From NCBI RefSeq assembly GCF_053078305.1, contig NZ_CP166879.1: a stretch of DNA of 64,000 nucleotides; one strand, 5' to 3'. This document shows, piece after piece, positions 46,393 to 60,976 of this stretch; within the stretch, counting starts at the first letter, position 1; the number at the start of each line of letters is the position of its first letter. Made by a program: the position numbers and the translations under genes. The notes below the pieces were generated by a model. That model searched no databases, had not been told where the DNA came from, and saw only the letters and a program-made list of their open reading frames with translations.

Positions 46393-47987
46393 TGGCTGAC
46401 ATTCTGCTGCTCGATAATATCGACTCTTTTACGTACAACCTGGCAGATCAGTTGCGCAGCAATGGGCATAACGTGGTGATTTACCGCAACCATATTCCGG
46501 CGCAAACCTTAATTGAACGCCTGGCGACGATGAGCAATCCGGTGCTGATGCTTTCTCCGGGGCCAGGTGTGCCGAGTGAAGCCGGTTGTATGCCAGAACT
46601 CCTCACCCGCTTGCGCGGTAAGCTGCCGATTATTGGCATTTGCCTCGGTCATCAGGCGATTGTCGAAGCCTACGGGGGGTATGTCGGTCAGGCGGGCGAA
46701 ATTCTTCACGGTAAAGCCTCCAGCATTGAACATGACGGTCAGGCGATGTTTGCCGGATTAACAAACCCATTGCCGGTGGCGCGTTATCACTCGCTGGTTG
46801 GCAGTAATATTCCGGCCGGTTTAACCATCAACGCCCATTTTAATGGCATGGTGATGGCGGTGCGTCACGATGCAGATCGCGTTTGCGGATTCCAGTTCCA
46901 CCCGGAATCCATTCTCACCACCCAGGGCGCTCGCCTGCTGGAACAAACGCTGGCCTGGGCGCAGCAGAAACTAGAGCCAACCAACACGCTGCAACCGATT
47001 CTGGAAAAACTGTATCAGGCGCAGACCCTTAGCCAGCAGGAAAGTCATCAGCTATTTTCAGCGGTGGTACGTGGCGAACTGAAACCGGAACAACTGGCGG
47101 CGGCGCTGGTGAGCATGAAAATTCGCGGCGAGCACCCGAACGAGATCGCCGGAGCAGCAACCGCGCTACTGGAAAACGCAGCGCCGTTCCCGCGCCCGGA
47201 TTATCTGTTTGCTGATATCGTCGGTACTGGCGGTGACGGCAGCAACAGTATCAATATTTCTACCGCCAGTGCGTTTGTCGCCGCGGCCTGTGGGCTGAAA
47301 GTGGCGAAACACGGCAACCGTAGCGTCTCCAGTAAATCTGGTTCGTCCGATCTGCTGGCGGCGTTCGGTATTAATCTTGATATGAACGCCGATAAATCGC
47401 GCCAGGCGCTGGATGAGTTAGGCGTATGTTTCCTCTTTGCGCCGAAATATCACACCGGATTCCGCCACGCGATGCCGGTTCGCCAGCAACTGAAAACCCG
47501 CACCCTGTTCAATGTGCTGGGGCCATTGATTAACCCGGCGCATCCGCCGCTGGCGTTAATTGGTGTTTATAGTCCGGAACTGGTGCTGCCGATTGCCGAA
47601 ACCTTGCGCGTGCTGGGGTATCAACGCGCGGCGGTGGTGCACAGCGGCGGGATGGATGAAGTTTCATTACACGCGCCGACAATCGTTGCCGAGCTGCACG
47701 ATGGCGAAATTAAGAGCTATCAGCTGACCGCAGAAGACTTTGGCCTGACACCCTACCACCAGGAGCAACTGGCAGGCGGAACACCGGAAGAAAACCGTGA
47801 CATTTTAACACGCTTGTTACAAGGTAAAGGCGACGCCGCCCATGAAGCAGCCGTCGCGGCGAACGTCGCCATGTTAATGCGCTTGCATGGCCATGAAGAT
47901 CTGCAAGCCAATGCGCAAACCGTTCTTGAGGTACTGCGCAGTGGTTCCGCTTACGACAGAGTCACCGCACTGGCGGCTCGAGGGTAA
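46392..47987 (+). CDS. trpD: anthranilate synthase component II / anthranilate phosphoribosyltransferase
   Basis: 531 aa bifunctional protein, start overlaps the trpE stop. Confidence 0.95.
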   Translation: MADILLLDNIDSFTYNLADQLRSNGHNVVIYRNHIPAQTLIERLATMSNPVLMLSPGPGVPSEAGCMPELLTRLRGKLPIIGICLGHQAIVEAYGGYVGQAGEILHGKASSIEHDGQAMFAGLTNPLPVARYHSLVGSNIPAGLTINAHFNGMVMAVRHDADRVCGFQFHPESILTTQGARLLEQTLAWAQQKLEPTNTLQPILEKLYQAQTLSQQESHQLFSAVVRGELKPEQLAAALVSMKIRGEHPNEIAGAATALLENAAPFPRPDYLFADIVGTGGDGSNSINISTASAFVAAACGLKVAKHGNRSVSSKSGSSDLLAAFGINLDMNADKSRQALDELGVCFLFAPKYHTGFRHAMPVRQQLKTRTLFNVLGPLINPAHPPLALIGVYSPELVLPIAETLRVLGYQRAAVVHSGGMDEVSLHAPTIVAELHDGEIKSYQLTAEDFGLTPYHQEQLAGGTPEENRDILTRLLQGKGDAAHEAAVAANVAMLMRLHGHEDLQANAQTVLEVLRSGSAYDRVTALAARG

Positions 47988-49349
47988 ATGATGCAAACCG
48001 TTTTAGCGAAAATCGTCGCAGACAAGGCGATTTGGGTAGAAGCCCGCAAACAGCAGCAACCGCTGGCCAGTTTTCAGAATGAGGTTCAGCCGAGCACGCG
48101 ACATTTTTATGATGCGCTACAGGGTGCACGCACGGCGTTTATTCTGGAGTGCAAGAAAGCGTCGCCGTCAAAAGGCGTGATCCGTGATGATTTCGATCCG
48201 GCACGCATTGCAACCGTCTACAGAAATTACGCTTCGGCAATTTCGGTGCTGACTGACGAGAAATATTTCCAGGGAAGCTTTGATTTTCTCCCCATCGTCA
48301 GCCAAATCGCGCCACAGCCGATTTTGTGTAAAGACTTCATTATCGACCCTTACCAGATCTATCTGGCGCGCTATTACCAGGCTGATGCCTGTTTATTAAT
48401 GCTTTCAGTACTGGATGACGAACAATATCGCCAGCTTGCCGCCGTCGCCCACAGTCTGGAGATGGGTGTGCTGACCGAAGTCAGTAATGAAGAGGAACTG
48501 GAGCGCGCCATTGCATTAGGGGCAAAGGTCGTTGGCATCAACAACCGCGATCTGCGTGATTTGTCGATTGATCTCAACCGTACCCGCGAGCTTGCGCCGA
48601 AACTGGGGCACAACGTGACGGTAATCAGCGAATCCGGAATCAATACTTACGCTCAGGTGCGCGAGTTAAGCCACTTCGCTAACGGTTTTCTGATTGGTTC
48701 GGCGTTGATGGCCCATGACGATTTGCACGCCGCCGTGCGCCGGGTATTGCTGGGTGAGAATAAAGTATGTGGCCTGACGCGTGGGCAAGATGCTAAAGCA
48801 GCGTATGACGCGGGCGCGATTTACGGTGGGTTGATTTTTGTTGCGACATCACCGCGTTGCGTCAACGTTGAACAGGCGCAGGAAGTGATGGCTGCGGCAC
48901 CGTTGCAGTATGTTGGCGTGTTCCGCAATCACGATATTGCCGAGGTGGTGGACAAAGCTAAGGTGTTATCGCTGGCGGCAGTGCAACTGCATGGTAATGA
49001 AGATCAGCTGTATATCGATACGCTGCGTGAAGCTCTGCCAGCACACGTTGCCATCTGGAAAGCATTAAGCGTCGGTGAAACCCTGCCCGCCCGCGAGCTT
49101 CAGCACGTTGATAAATATGTTTTAGACAACGGCCAGGGTGGAAGCGGGCAACGTTTCGACTGGTCACTATTAAATGGTCAATCGCTTGGCAACGTTCTGC
49201 TGGCGGGGGGCTTAGGCGCAGATAACTGCGTGGAAGCGGCACAAACCGGCTGCGCCGGACTTGATTTTAATTCTGCTGTAGAGTCGCAACCGGGCATCAA
49301 AGACGCACGTCTTTTGGCCTCGGTTTTCCAGACGCTGCGCGCATATTAA
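47988..49349 (+). CDS. trpC: indole-3-glycerol phosphate synthase / phosphoribosylanthranilate isomerase
   Basis: 453 aa starting [21 protein letters not shown]…. Confidence 0.95.
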   Translation: MMQTVLAKIVADKAIWVEARKQQQPLASFQNEVQPSTRHFYDALQGARTAFILECKKASPSKGVIRDDFDPARIATVYRNYASAISVLTDEKYFQGSFDFLPIVSQIAPQPILCKDFIIDPYQIYLARYYQADACLLMLSVLDDEQYRQLAAVAHSLEMGVLTEVSNEEELERAIALGAKVVGINNRDLRDLSIDLNRTRELAPKLGHNVTVISESGINTYAQVRELSHFANGFLIGSALMAHDDLHAAVRRVLLGENKVCGLTRGQDAKAAYDAGAIYGGLIFVATSPRCVNVEQAQEVMAAAPLQYVGVFRNHDIAEVVDKAKVLSLAAVQLHGNEDQLYIDTLREALPAHVAIWKALSVGETLPARELQHVDKYVLDNGQGGSGQRFDWSLLNGQSLGNVLLAGGLGADNCVEAAQTGCAGLDFNSAVESQPGIKDARLLASVFQTLRAY

Positions 49350-49360
49350 GGAAAGGAACA

Positions 49361-50554
49361 ATGACAACATTACTTAACCCCTATTTTGGTGAGTTTGGCG
49401 GCATGTACGTGCCACAAATCCTGATGCCTGCTCTGCGCCAGCTGGAAGAAGCTTTTGTCAGCGCGCAAAAAGATCCTGAATTTCAAGCCCAGTTCAACGA
49501 CCTACTGAAAAACTATGCCGGGCGTCCAACCGCACTGACCAAATGCCAGAACATTACGGCTGGGACGAAAACCACGCTGTATCTGAAGCGCGAAGATTTG
49601 CTGCACGGCGGCGCGCATAAAACTAACCAGGTGCTCGGTCAGGCTTTACTGGCGAAGCGGATGGGTAAAACCGAAATCATCGCCGAAACCGGGGCCGGTC
49701 AGCATGGCGTGGCGTCGGCCCTTGCCAGCGCCCTGCTCGGCCTGAAATGCCGTATTTATATGGGGGCCAAAGACGTTGAACGCCAGTCGCCTAACGTTTT
49801 TCGTATGCGTTTAATGGGTGCGGAAGTGATCCCGGTGCATAGCGGTTCCGCGACGCTGAAAGATGCCTGTAACGAGGCGCTGCGCGACTGGTCCGGCAGT
49901 TATGAAACCGCGCACTATATGCTGGGCACCGCAGCTGGCCCACATCCTTATCCGACCATTGTCCGTGAGTTTCAGCGGATGATTGGCGAAGAAACCAAAG
50001 CACAGATTCTGGAAAGAGAAGGTCGCCTGCCGGATGCCGTTATCGCCTGTGTTGGCGGCGGTTCGAATGCCATCGGCATGTTTGCAGATTTCATCAACGA
50101 AACCGACGTCGGCCTGATTGGTGTGGAGCCTGGCGGTCACGGTATCGAAACTGGCGAGCACGGCGCACCGCTAAAACATGGTCGCGTGGGCATTTATTTC
50201 GGTATGAAAGCGCCAATGATGCAAACCGAAGACGGGCAGATTGAAGAATCTTACTCCATCTCCGCCGGGCTGGATTTCCCGTCCGTCGGCCCGCAACACG
50301 CGTATCTTAACAGCACTGGACGCGCTGATTACGTGTCAATTACCGATGATGAAGCCCTTGAAGCCTTCAAAACGCTCTGCCTGCACGAAGGGATCATCCC
50401 GGCGCTGGAATCCTCCCACGCCCTGGCCCATGCGCTGAAAATGATGCGCGAAAACCCGGAAAAAGAGCAGCTACTGGTGGTTAACCTTTCCGGTCGCGGC
50501 GATAAAGACATCTTCACCGTTCACGATATTTTGAAAGCACGAGGGGAAATCTGA
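49361..50554 (+). CDS. trpB: tryptophan synthase beta chain
   Basis: 397 aa, matches recalled TrpB. Confidence 0.95.
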   Translation: MTTLLNPYFGEFGGMYVPQILMPALRQLEEAFVSAQKDPEFQAQFNDLLKNYAGRPTALTKCQNITAGTKTTLYLKREDLLHGGAHKTNQVLGQALLAKRMGKTEIIAETGAGQHGVASALASALLGLKCRIYMGAKDVERQSPNVFRMRLMGAEVIPVHSGSATLKDACNEALRDWSGSYETAHYMLGTAAGPHPYPTIVREFQRMIGEETKAQILEREGRLPDAVIACVGGGSNAIGMFADFINETDVGLIGVEPGGHGIETGEHGAPLKHGRVGIYFGMKAPMMQTEDGQIEESYSISAGLDFPSVGPQHAYLNSTGRADYVSITDDEALEAFKTLCLHEGIIPALESSHALAHALKMMRENPEKEQLLVVNLSGRGDKDIFTVHDILKARGEI

Positions 50555-51360
50555 TGGAACGCTACGAATCTCTGTTTGCCCAGTTGAAGGAGCGCAAAGA
50601 AGGCGCATTCGTTCCTTTCGTCACGCTCGGGGATCCGGGCATTGAGCAGTCCTTGAAAATTATCGATACGCTAATTGAAGCCGGTGCTGACGCGCTGGAG
50701 TTAGGTATCCCCTTCTCCGACCCACTGGCGGATGGCCCGACCATTCAAAACGCCACTCTGCGCGCCTTTGCGGCAGGTGTGACTCCGGCACAATGTTTTG
50801 AAATGCTGGCACTGATTCGCCAGAAACACCCGACCATTCCCATTGGCCTGTTGATGTATGCCAATCTGGTGTTTAACAAAGGCATTGATGAGTTTTATGC
50901 CCAGTGCGAGAAAGTCGGCGTCGATTCGGTGCTGGTTGCCGATGTGCCAGTTGAAGAGTCCGCGCCCTTCCGCCAGGCCGCGTTGCGTCATAATGTCGCA
51001 CCTATCTTCATCTGCCCGCCAAATGCCGATGACGACCTGCTGCGCCAGATAGCCTCTTACGGTCGTGGTTACACCTATTTGCTGTCACGAGCGGGCGTGA
51101 CCGGCGCAGAAAACCGCGCCGCGTTACCACTCAATCATCTGGTTGCGAAGCTGAAAGAGTACAACGCTGCACCTCCATTGCAGGGATTTGGTATTTCCGC
51201 CCCGGATCAGGTAAAAGCAGCGATTGATGCAGGAGCTGCGGGCGCGATTTCTGGTTCGGCCATTGTTAAAATCATCGAGCAACATATTAATGAGCCAGAG
51301 AAAATGCTGGCGGCACTGAAAGCTTTTGTACAACCGATGAAAGCGGCGACGCGCAGTTAA
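50554..51360 (+). CDS. trpA: tryptophan synthase alpha chain
   Basis: 268 aa starting [28 protein letters not shown]…. Confidence 0.95.
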   Translation: MERYESLFAQLKERKEGAFVPFVTLGDPGIEQSLKIIDTLIEAGADALELGIPFSDPLADGPTIQNATLRAFAAGVTPAQCFEMLALIRQKHPTIPIGLLMYANLVFNKGIDEFYAQCEKVGVDSVLVADVPVEESAPFRQAALRHNVAPIFICPPNADDDLLRQIASYGRGYTYLLSRAGVTGAENRAALPLNHLVAKLKEYNAAPPLQGFGISAPDQVKAAIDAGAAGAISGSAIVKIIEQHINEPEKMLAALKAFVQPMKAATRS

Positions 51361-51366
51361 TCCCAC

Positions 51367-51394
51367 AGCCGCCAGTTCCGCTGGCGGCATTTTA
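51367..51394 (+). terminator. trp operon terminator
   Basis: GC-rich hairpin AGCCGCCAG-TTCC-GCTGGCGGC followed by ATTTT. Confidence 0.7.
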
Positions 51395-51740
51395 ACTTTC
51401 TTTAACGAAGCCGGAAAAATCCTAAATTCATTTAATATTTATCTTTTTACCGTTTCGCTTACCCCTGTCAAACGTCAACTTACGTCATTTTTCCGCCCAA
51501 CAGTAATATAATCAAACAAATTAATCCCGCAACATAACACCAGTAAAATCAATAATTTTCTCTAAGTCACTTATTTCTCAGGCAATTGTTAATATATCAA
51601 GAACGTTCCTCATAATATATTTTCCCACTTTATTCTCGTTACGCTTAATTTGACTAATTCTCATTGGCGACTAATTTTAATGAGTGTCGACACACAACAC
51701 TCATATTAATGAAACAATGCAACGCAACGGGAGAAATAAC

Positions 51741-51920
51741 ATGGCCGAACATCGTGGTGGTTCAGGAAATTTCGCCGAAGACCGTGAGAAGGCATCCGAC
51801 GCAGGCCGTAAAGGCGGTCAGCATAGCGGCGGTAATTTTAAAAATGATCCGCAACGCGCATCTGAAGCGGGTAAAAAAGGCGGTCAACAAAACGGTGGTA
51901 ATAAATCAGGTAAATCCTGA
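51741..51920 (+). CDS. yciG: KGG-repeat general stress protein YciG
   Basis: 59 aa from ATG 51741 with repeated KGG motifs and SD GGGAGA upstream. Confidence 0.8.
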   Translation: MAEHRGGSGNFAEDREKASDAGRKGGQHSGGNFKNDPQRASEAGKKGGQQNGGNKSGKS

Positions 51921-52005
51921 TTCACCGTTAATTATTAATATCAGCTGATAAAGATAATTGCATCTGCGGGCCATATGGCTCGCAGTGATTCCACTGGAGA
52001 AAAAT

Positions 52006-52506
52006 ATGAATATGAAGACCATTGAAGATGTATTTATTCACCTGCTTTCAGATACCTAAAGCGCAGAAAAACAATTAACCCGGGCACTGGCAAAACTCGC
52101 AAGAGCAACATCAAACGAAAAATTAAGTCAGGCTTTTCATGCGCACCTCGAGGAAACACATGGACAGATTGAACGTATTGATCAAGTTGTGGAATCAGAA
52201 TCGAATCTGAAAATTAAGCGCATGAAATGTGTGGCAATGGAAGGTCTTATTGAAGAAGCTAATGAGGTCATCGAAAGTACCGAGAAAAACGAAGTGCGTG
52301 ATGCCGCACTGATTGCCGCAGCACAGAAAGTCGAGCATTATGAGATTGCCAGTTACGGGACATTAGCGACGCTGGCTGAACAATTAGGTTACCGTAAAGC
52401 AGCGAAGCTTCTGAAAGAAACCCTGGAAGAAGAAAAGGCCACCGACATCAAACTGACTGATCTGGCCCTTAATAACGTAAATAAGAAAGCCGAAAATAAA
52501 GCCTGA
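52006..52506 (+). pseudogene. yciF: yciF (DUF892-type) interrupted by in-frame TAA at 52057-52059
   Basis: ATG 52006 with SD; MNMKTIEDVFIHLLSDT then TAA, after which the same frame continues SAEKQLTRALAKLA… to the stop at 52506; I recall Tyr at this codon in K-12. Confidence 0.65.
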
Positions 52507-52551
52507 AATATGAACTTTAACTTTTAGTCATTTTATAAAGAGGACATTTTC

Positions 52552-53058
52552 ATGAATCGTATTGAACATTATCATGACTGGTTACGTGACGCCCACGCAA
52601 TGGAAAAGCAAGCCGAATCTATGCTTGAATCCATGGCCAGCCGTATAGATAATTATCCTGAACTACGCGCTCGTATTGAACAACATCTTAGTGAAACCAA
52701 AAACCAGATTGTTCAACTGGAAACTATTCTTGATCGTAATGACATTTCACGTTCAGTCATTAAAGATTCCATGAGTAAAATAGCTGCGCTTGGGCAGTCA
52801 ATCGGTGGTATATTCCCTTCTGATGAAATAGTCAAAGGTTCTATTAGCGGGTATGTCTTCGAGCAATTTGAAATCGCCTGTTATACTTCACTATTAGCAG
52901 CAGCAAAAAATGCCGGTGATACAGCCTCAATTCCGATCATCGAAGCGATTTTAAATGAGGAAAAGCAAATGGCCGATTGGCTGATTCAGCATATTCCGCA
53001 AACAACTGAGAAATTTTTAATTCGCTCTGAAACTGATGGCGTAGAAGCGAAGAAATAA
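52552..53058 (+). CDS. yciE: DUF892-type protein YciE
   Basis: 168 aa, paralog of yciF. Confidence 0.9.
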   Translation: MNRIEHYHDWLRDAHAMEKQAESMLESMASRIDNYPELRARIEQHLSETKNQIVQLETILDRNDISRSVIKDSMSKIAALGQSIGGIFPSDEIVKGSISGYVFEQFEIACYTSLLAAAKNAGDTASIPIIEAILNEEKQMADWLIQHIPQTTEKFLIRSETDGVEAKK

Positions 53059-53117
53059 TACCCTTTATGCCATGTCCTTATTGACCCCGTATATTACGGG
53101 GTCGTTTTTGTGCGGAA

Positions 53118-53756
53118 TTAAAAACGATATCCTGCTGAGAACATAAACACCCACGGATCGAGGCGTACGCTATCATGTTGCTGTGCACCGCCCAGTTTAT
53201 AATTGGCGGTGGTATCGATATCCATGTACCACACTGACATGTTAACCAACCAGTCACGGTTAATCAGATAATCAACCCCCACCTGCCCGGCAGCTCCCCA
53301 GGAATCTTTCAGACTGAGATCGGAAAGCCCCGCCTCTTTGCCATGATCGTTAAATCCATTATCAAAGAAGGTGGTGTAGTTAATACCTGCCCCAACATAA
53401 GGACGGAATTTGCTGCTGGCATCACCAAAATACCACTGCGCCATCAGTGTTGGCGGCAGATGATGAACGGTTGCAATCTCGCCGGTCGCCCGGGTGCCGA
53501 TTTTATGGCGGAACGGCGTCGCTGCCAGTAATTCCACACCAATGTTGTCGGTCGCCATATAAGTAAACGTCAGGCCCAGTTGCGTGTTATTGGTCACGCT
53601 GAATCCGCCCAGACTTCCTAACGTACCACCAGCACCTTCTGTTGGACGTACGGTTGCAGAACCTGCACGCATAAAAAATTCGCCTGCTTCATGCGCAAAG
53701 GCACTGCCAGAGAGAAGAGTTGTTACTGCCAAAGCCGCCACTGTTAACTTTTTCAT
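53118..53756 (-). CDS. ompW: outer membrane protein W
   Basis: 212 aa with signal peptide and C-terminal aromatic residue (…GYRF), matches recalled OmpW. Confidence 0.95.
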   Translation of the reverse strand: MKKLTVAALAVTTLLSGSAFAHEAGEFFMRAGSATVRPTEGAGGTLGSLGGFSVTNNTQLGLTFTYMATDNIGVELLAATPFRHKIGTRATGEIATVHHLPPTLMAQWYFGDASSKFRPYVGAGINYTTFFDNGFNDHGKEAGLSDLSLKDSWGAAGQVGVDYLINRDWLVNMSVWYMDIDTTANYKLGGAQQHDSVRLDPWVFMFSAGYRF

Positions 53757-54112
53757 ATCCGCTCCGTCGTTATGGTTATAAAAACGTGACGAATATACCT
53801 ACATTGGAGTAACAAATGATCCTACATAGATCACATTACATATGATAATTCACCATTTATTGATCTTGATTAATTTAGAAGTTGCATTGAGAATCCTGGT
53901 TAATGTGATTTAAATCAATTTTTAAATATTTTCGCTACGCAAATATTAACTCGATCGCCACTTGCCGCGGTTTGCCCACGTCTGAAGGCCAGCAATTACC
54001 TCCGCTTTACAAAGATATGCTTTTCCATACAAGACCTGATGCTGCCACCCGAGGCTTAACCAGGGTACAATTGCCCGCTAATTAACACCTGCATAAAACT
54101 CAAGGAGAGTGC

Positions 54113-54856
54113 ATGTCTATCACGGCGCAGTCCGTATACCGTGACACCGGAAATTTCTTCCGTAATCAATTTATGACCATTCTGTTGGTATCGTTGCTAT
54201 GTGCGTTTATCACAGTGGTGTTAGGGCATGTTTTCTCACCCAGTGATGCACAGCTTGCGCAGCTCAATGACGGCGTGCCCGTTAGCGGCAGTAGTGGGTT
54301 GTTCGACCTGGTTCAGAATATGTCACCGGAACAGCAACAAATTTTGCTGCAGGCTTCAGCGGCGTCCACTTTTTCAGGATTAATCGGTAACGCCATTCTC
54401 GCCGGAGGCGTAATATTAATTATCCAGCTGGTGTCTGCGGGTCAGAGAGTCAGTGCGCTGCGAGCTATTGGTGCCAGTGCGCCGATATTGCCAAAGTTAT
54501 TTATTCTGATTTTTCTGACTACCCTTTTAGTACAGATTGGCATCATGCTGGTGGTCGTTCCGGGAATTATCATGGCCATTTTACTGGCCCTGGCACCGGT
54601 GATGTTGGTACAGGACAAAATGGGCGTTTTTGCCTCGATGCGTAGCAGTATGCGGCTGACTTGGGCGAATATGCGTCTGGTGGCACCCGCAGTACTGAGC
54701 TGGTTGCTGGCAAAAACACTGTTGCTGCTTTTTGCCTCTTCTTTTGCCGCATTAACCCCGGAAATTGGTGCCGTACTGGCGAACACCTTGAGCAACCTGA
54801 TTTCAGCCATATTGCTCATCTATCTGTTCCGCCTGTATATGTTGATTCGCCAATAA
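54113..54856 (+). CDS. yciC: inner membrane protein YciC
   Basis: 247 aa polytopic membrane protein at the expected position. Confidence 0.9.
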
Positions 54857-54885
54857 CCTTAAGCATTTGATTACGGAATCGTAAA

Positions 54886-55425
54886 ATGAAGCAGTTTCTT
54901 GATTTTTTACCGCTGGTTGTCTTTTTCGCGTTTTACAAGATTTATGACATCTATGCGGCTACTGCGGCGCTGATCGTCGCCACGGCGATTGTGCTTATCT
55001 ATAGCTGGGTTCGCTTTCGTAAGGTTGAGAAGATGGCCCTGATCACTTTTGTTCTGGTGGTCGTCTTCGGTGGCTTGACGCTGTTCTTCCACAATGATGA
55101 GTTTATTAAATGGAAGGTTACAGTCATTTATGCTCTGTTTGCGGGAGCCCTGTTAGTCAGCCAATGGGTGATGAAAAAGCCGCTAATTCAGCGGATGCTG
55201 GGTAAAGAACTCACGCTGCCGCAACCGGTATGGTCGAAGCTGAATCTGGCCTGGGCTGTTTTCTTTATCCTTTGCGGTCTGGCAAACATCTACATCGCAT
55301 TCTGGCTGCCGCAAAATATTTGGGTCAACTTTAAAGTCTTTGGCCTGACCGCCCTTACCTTAATCTTCACATTGTTAAGTGGTATCTATATCTACCGCCA
55401 CATGCCGCAGGAAGATAAATCCTAA
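54886..55425 (+). CDS. yciB: inner membrane protein YciB
   Basis: 179 aa membrane protein. Confidence 0.9.
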   Translation: MKQFLDFLPLVVFFAFYKIYDIYAATAALIVATAIVLIYSWVRFRKVEKMALITFVLVVVFGGLTLFFHNDEFIKWKVTVIYALFAGALLVSQWVMKKPLIQRMLGKELTLPQPVWSKLNLAWAVFFILCGLANIYIAFWLPQNIWVNFKVFGLTALTLIFTLLSGIYIYRHMPQEDKS

Positions 55426-55529
55426 CCAGACTGCCAGTCCTTCGGGGCTGGCGCTGTATCTCCTCTGTTCTCCTCAGGAAAATCATAGTAGCATCGCGCC
55501 TGTGATTTTCCTTTTAAGTCGGTTTTATC

Positions 55530-55928
55530 ATGTCTACAACACATAACGTCCCTCAGGGCGATCTTGTTTTACGTACTTTAGCCATGCCCGCCGATACCAA
55601 TGCCAATGGTGACATTTTTGGTGGTTGGTTAATGTCACAAATGGATATTGGCGGCGCTATTCTGGCAAAAGAAATTGCCCACGGTCGCGTAGTGACTGTG
55701 CGGGTTGAAGGAATGACTTTCTTACGGCCGGTTGCGGTCGGCGATGTGGTGTGCTGCTATGCACGCTGTGTCCAGAAAGGGACGACATCGGTCAGCATTA
55801 ATATTGAAGTGTGGGTGAAAAAAGTAGCGTCTGAACCAATCGGGCAACGCTATAAAGCGACAGAAGCATTATTTAAGTATGTCGCGGTTGATCCTGAAGG
55901 AAAACCTCGCGCCTTACCTGTTGAGTAA
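55530..55928 (+). CDS. yciA: acyl-CoA thioesterase YciA
   Basis: 132 aa hotdog-fold thioesterase. Confidence 0.9.
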   Translation: MSTTHNVPQGDLVLRTLAMPADTNANGDIFGGWLMSQMDIGGAILAKEIAHGRVVTVRVEGMTFLRPVAVGDVVCCYARCVQKGTTSVSINIEVWVKKVASEPIGQRYKATEALFKYVAVDPEGKPRALPVE

Positions 55929-55933
55929 TAATC

Positions 55934-55957
55934 AAAAGCCTCCGGTCGGAGGCTTTT
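55934..55957. terminator. bidirectional terminator between yciA and tonB
   Basis: AAAAGCCTCCGGTCGGAGGCTTTT palindrome flanked by A-run and T-run. Confidence 0.7.
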
Positions 55958-55967
55958 GACTTTCTGC

Positions 55968-56687
55968 TTACTGAATTTCGGTGGTGCCGTTAATTTTAAA
56001 CAGGATATTCACCACAATCCCACTGCCTGGCTTACCCGGCTCATAACGCCATCTGCGCATCGCATTTTTCACCTCACGCTCAAACATGTTCGCAGGCTTG
56101 GCTGAGAGGATTTGTACGTTATCCACGCGACCATCCGGCGTGACGTCAAATTTAACTTTAACCTGCCCTTCAATGCGCAATGCCTGTGCTCGTGCCGGAT
56201 ACTGCGGCTGATTACGGCTTAATGCGCGTGGTCCTGAAGCCACACTGGTAACCGGCTTGCTGGTCGCAGCCGTTGCCGTACTTGATGTCGGGCGTGCCGG
56301 TGCCGTATTTTCAAACGGTGATGCCGGACGCGACTCTACGGGTTTGACATCGCGTTTTGGCTGTTCCTGTACCTTTTTCACCGGCTTCGGTTTTGGCTTA
56401 GGTTTCGGCTTCGGCTTTTCAATGACCACCGGAGCTTCTTTTGGCGGTTCGGGGATCGGCTCAGGTTCCGGTTCTGGCTCTACCACCGGCTCCGGTGGCG
56501 GCTGAACGGCTTGTGGCGGTTCGAGATCAGCAGGCGCAACCATCGTGACAGAAATTGGCTGCGCAGGCGCAGGTAGTTCAATAACCTGATGTACCGAGGT
56601 ATAGAGCAGACCCGCCACAACAGCACCATGAATGCAGACCGAAAGTAACGTCGGCCAGGGGAAGCGGCGAGGTAAATCAAGGGTCAT
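55968..56687 (-). CDS. tonB: TonB energy transducer
   Basis: Start at MTLDLPRR (56687); Pro-rich (EP)n/(KP)n spacer. Confidence 0.95.
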   Translation of the reverse strand: MTLDLPRRFPWPTLLSVCIHGAVVAGLLYTSVHQVIELPAPAQPISVTMVAPADLEPPQAVQPPPEPVVEPEPEPEPIPEPPKEAPVVIEKPKPKPKPKPKPVKKVQEQPKRDVKPVESRPASPFENTAPARPTSSTATAATSKPVTSVASGPRALSRNQPQYPARAQALRIEGQVKVKFDVTPDGRVDNVQILSAKPANMFEREVKNAMRRWRYEPGKPGSGIVVNILFKINGTTEIQ

Positions 56688-56910
56688 TGAAGTCATAATC
56701 ATTTCAGTAGAAAAACCAGGTCTCGATTTTAAATGCAAATAGCAATCATATTCAATAAGGCAAGACGATCAGGATCAGTGAAAATGTCATTTTTGGCGTA
56801 ATTGACCTTACTTTATGCATGGTCTTAACAAAGACATCATCTTTCCGTTGCAGATCTTCGCCCTTTCAAATAACGTACTTTACAACTTTCCCGAACAAGG
56901 AGTTGTGCCC

Positions 56911-57207
56911 GTGTTGTATGTTATTTACGCTCAAGACAAAGCTGATAGCCTCGAAAAACGCCTTTCCGTTCGTCCGGCACATTTAGCACGTTTACAGTTA
57001 CTGCATGATGAAGGTCGTTTGTTGACAGCTGGTCCAATGCCAGCGGTAGACAGTAACGATCCAGGGGCTGCGGGATTTACTGGCTCAACCGTTATTGCTG
57101 AATTTGAATCGCTGGAAGCAGCTCAGGCCTGGGCCGATGCTGACCCGTACGTAGCGGCAGGTGTCTATGAACACGTTTCAGTGAAACCATTTAAGAAAGT
57201 GTTCTGA
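56911..57207 (+). CDS. yciI: YciI-like protein
   Basis: 98 aa from the GTG at 56911 with AAGGA SD, matching recalled YciI ([10 protein letters not shown]…). Confidence 0.8.
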
Positions 57208-57506
57208 ATAGAGATTCAATATTTAAGGGCACGGTTTTTGCAACCGTGTTCTTGTTTGGCCTTTCCTTATAGCCGGTCAGTGCATTCACCACCACAAGCA
57301 GATAATAACTTTATCTGTATTTCTTTATATGATGTGAGCATATTCAGGAAAAATGACCTTTCCTGAGGTACAGTTGCTCGCTCAAAACCTTTGATTACTG
57401 CGGATAAAGTCATCTACTATTGTTTAACACATTCACGCGCTGCATGTATGTTTAGAAAATGTGCACGCTAAGATAATTAAACAAAATTGTGGTTACAGAG
57501 GTATCA

Positions 57507-58761
57507 GTGAGTCACTGGGCTACATTCAAACAAACAGCAACAAATTTATGGGTGACCCTACGGCACGACATTCTCGCGCTGGCCGTCTTTTTAAATGGAT
57601 TGCTTATTTTTAAAACAATCTATGGTATGTCGGTCAATTTGCTTGATATTTTCCATATCAAAGCATTTTCAGAGTTGGATCTCTCCTTGCTGGCAAACGC
57701 CCCACTATTTATGCTCGGCGTCTTTCTTGTCCTGAACTCCATTGGCTTACTGTTCCGGGCAAAGCTCGCATGGGCAATCAGTATCATTTTGTTGTTGATA
57801 GCGCTAATTTACACCCTGCATTTTTATCCCTGGCTGAAATTTAGTATTGGATTTTGCATTTTTACGCTGGTGTTTTTGCTGATACTGCGCAAAGACTTCT
57901 CCCACAGTAGCGCCGCAGCCGGGACAATTTTTGCATTTATTAGTTTCACGACATTACTGTTTTACTCAACCTACGGTGCGCTTTATTTAAGCGAAGGTTT
58001 TAATCCGCGAATAGAAAGTTTGATGACCGCGTTCTATTTTTCGATAGAAACCATGTCAACCGTCGGCTATGGAGATATTGTCCCTGTTTCTGAATCAGCA
58101 CGATTGTTCACTATTTCGGTCATTATTTCCGGCATTACCGTTTTTGCCACATCTATGACCTCAATTTTTGGTCCGCTTATCCGCGGGGGATTCAACAAAC
58201 TTGTAAAAGGAAACAATCATACAATGCATCGTAAAGATGCATTTTATTGTTTGCGGACATTCGATTCTCGCCATCAATACGATCCTGCAACTGAATCAAC
58301 GCGGACAAAACGTAACGGTTATCAGCAACTTGCCTGAAGATGATATCAAGCAACTTGAGCAACGCTTAGGCGATAACGCAGATGTTATCCCCGGTGACAG
58401 TAATGACAGTTCTGTATTAAAGAAAGCGGGAATCGATCGTTGCCGGGCCATTCTGGCGCTGAGTGATAACGATGCAGATAACGCGTTTGTTGTACTCTCG
58501 GCAAAAGATATGAGCAGTGATGTCAAAACAGTTCTCGCCGTCAGTGATAGCAAAAACCTGAATAAGATTAAGATGGTACATCCGGATATCATTCTCTCAC
58601 CGCAACTGTTTGGCAGCGAAATTCTGGCGCGAGTTTTAAATGGTGAAGAGATTAATAATGATATGCTCGTTTCAATGTTGTTGAACTCCGGTCATGGCAT
58701 TTTCAGCGATAACGATGAACAAGAAACGAAAGCTGACAGTAAAGAATCGGTGCAAAAATAG
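57507..58761 (+). pseudogene. kch: voltage-gated K+ channel Kch with apparent +1 frameshift near 58236
   Basis: ORF from GTG 57507 matches Kch up to …NNHTMHRKD then changes frame; the downstream ORF (58237-58761) carries the Kch C-terminus from HFIVCGHSILAIN… An extra base near GATGCATTTT is the simplest explanation; a sequencing error is possible. Confidence 0.65.
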
Positions 58762-58814
58762 AGTTAAAGACGGAAAAGTAAACTTATTGGGCACCGCAAT
58801 GGTGCCCAGAACAT

Positions 58815-58988
58815 TTAGATATTGTAGATCGCAAACAATAACGAGTTACGCTGTTTGTTTAGAATGCACTTCCTGATGCTGTGGATACGCATATTTCGGC
58901 GCGATTGCCCCTCAAGCCAACGCGATTTACGTCGGCTAGCCTGACGCTGCATGCGCCAGCGCCCCACTTCCGTTCTACTCCGCTTCAT
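58815..58988 (-). CDS. small basic protein, possibly YciY
   Basis: 57 aa from the ATG at 58988 (MKRSRTEVGRWRMQRQ…) between kch and clsA; identity from uncertain recollection. Confidence 0.35.
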   Translation of the reverse strand: MKRSRTEVGRWRMQRQASRRKSRWLEGQSRRNMRIHSIRKCILNKQRNSLLFAIYNI

Positions 58989-59130
58989 GTTAACTACTCT
59001 ATGCAATAACAGAATGGTCATTATACCCCCGCCCCCGACGCTGACCAGTGCTTTTCCCGCGTTTTTATTTGCCAGATGAATCCATATGCGTAAACTCATA
59101 ACAATGCGCTTTCAAAAGGATTTCTAATCT

Positions 59131-60955
<1,825 letters not shown>

Positions 60956-60976
60956 ATAATCGCTTTTAGCGTGAAA

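Noticed and set aside
44904-51390. Many short antisense or out-of-frame ORFs inside trpEDCBA
   Set aside because: All overlap well-established trp genes and lack independent support.
58762-58814. Hairpin GGGCACCGCAATGGTGCCC after kch as a terminator
   Set aside because: Plausible, but it lacks a clear U-tract on either side, so I did not list it as a feature.
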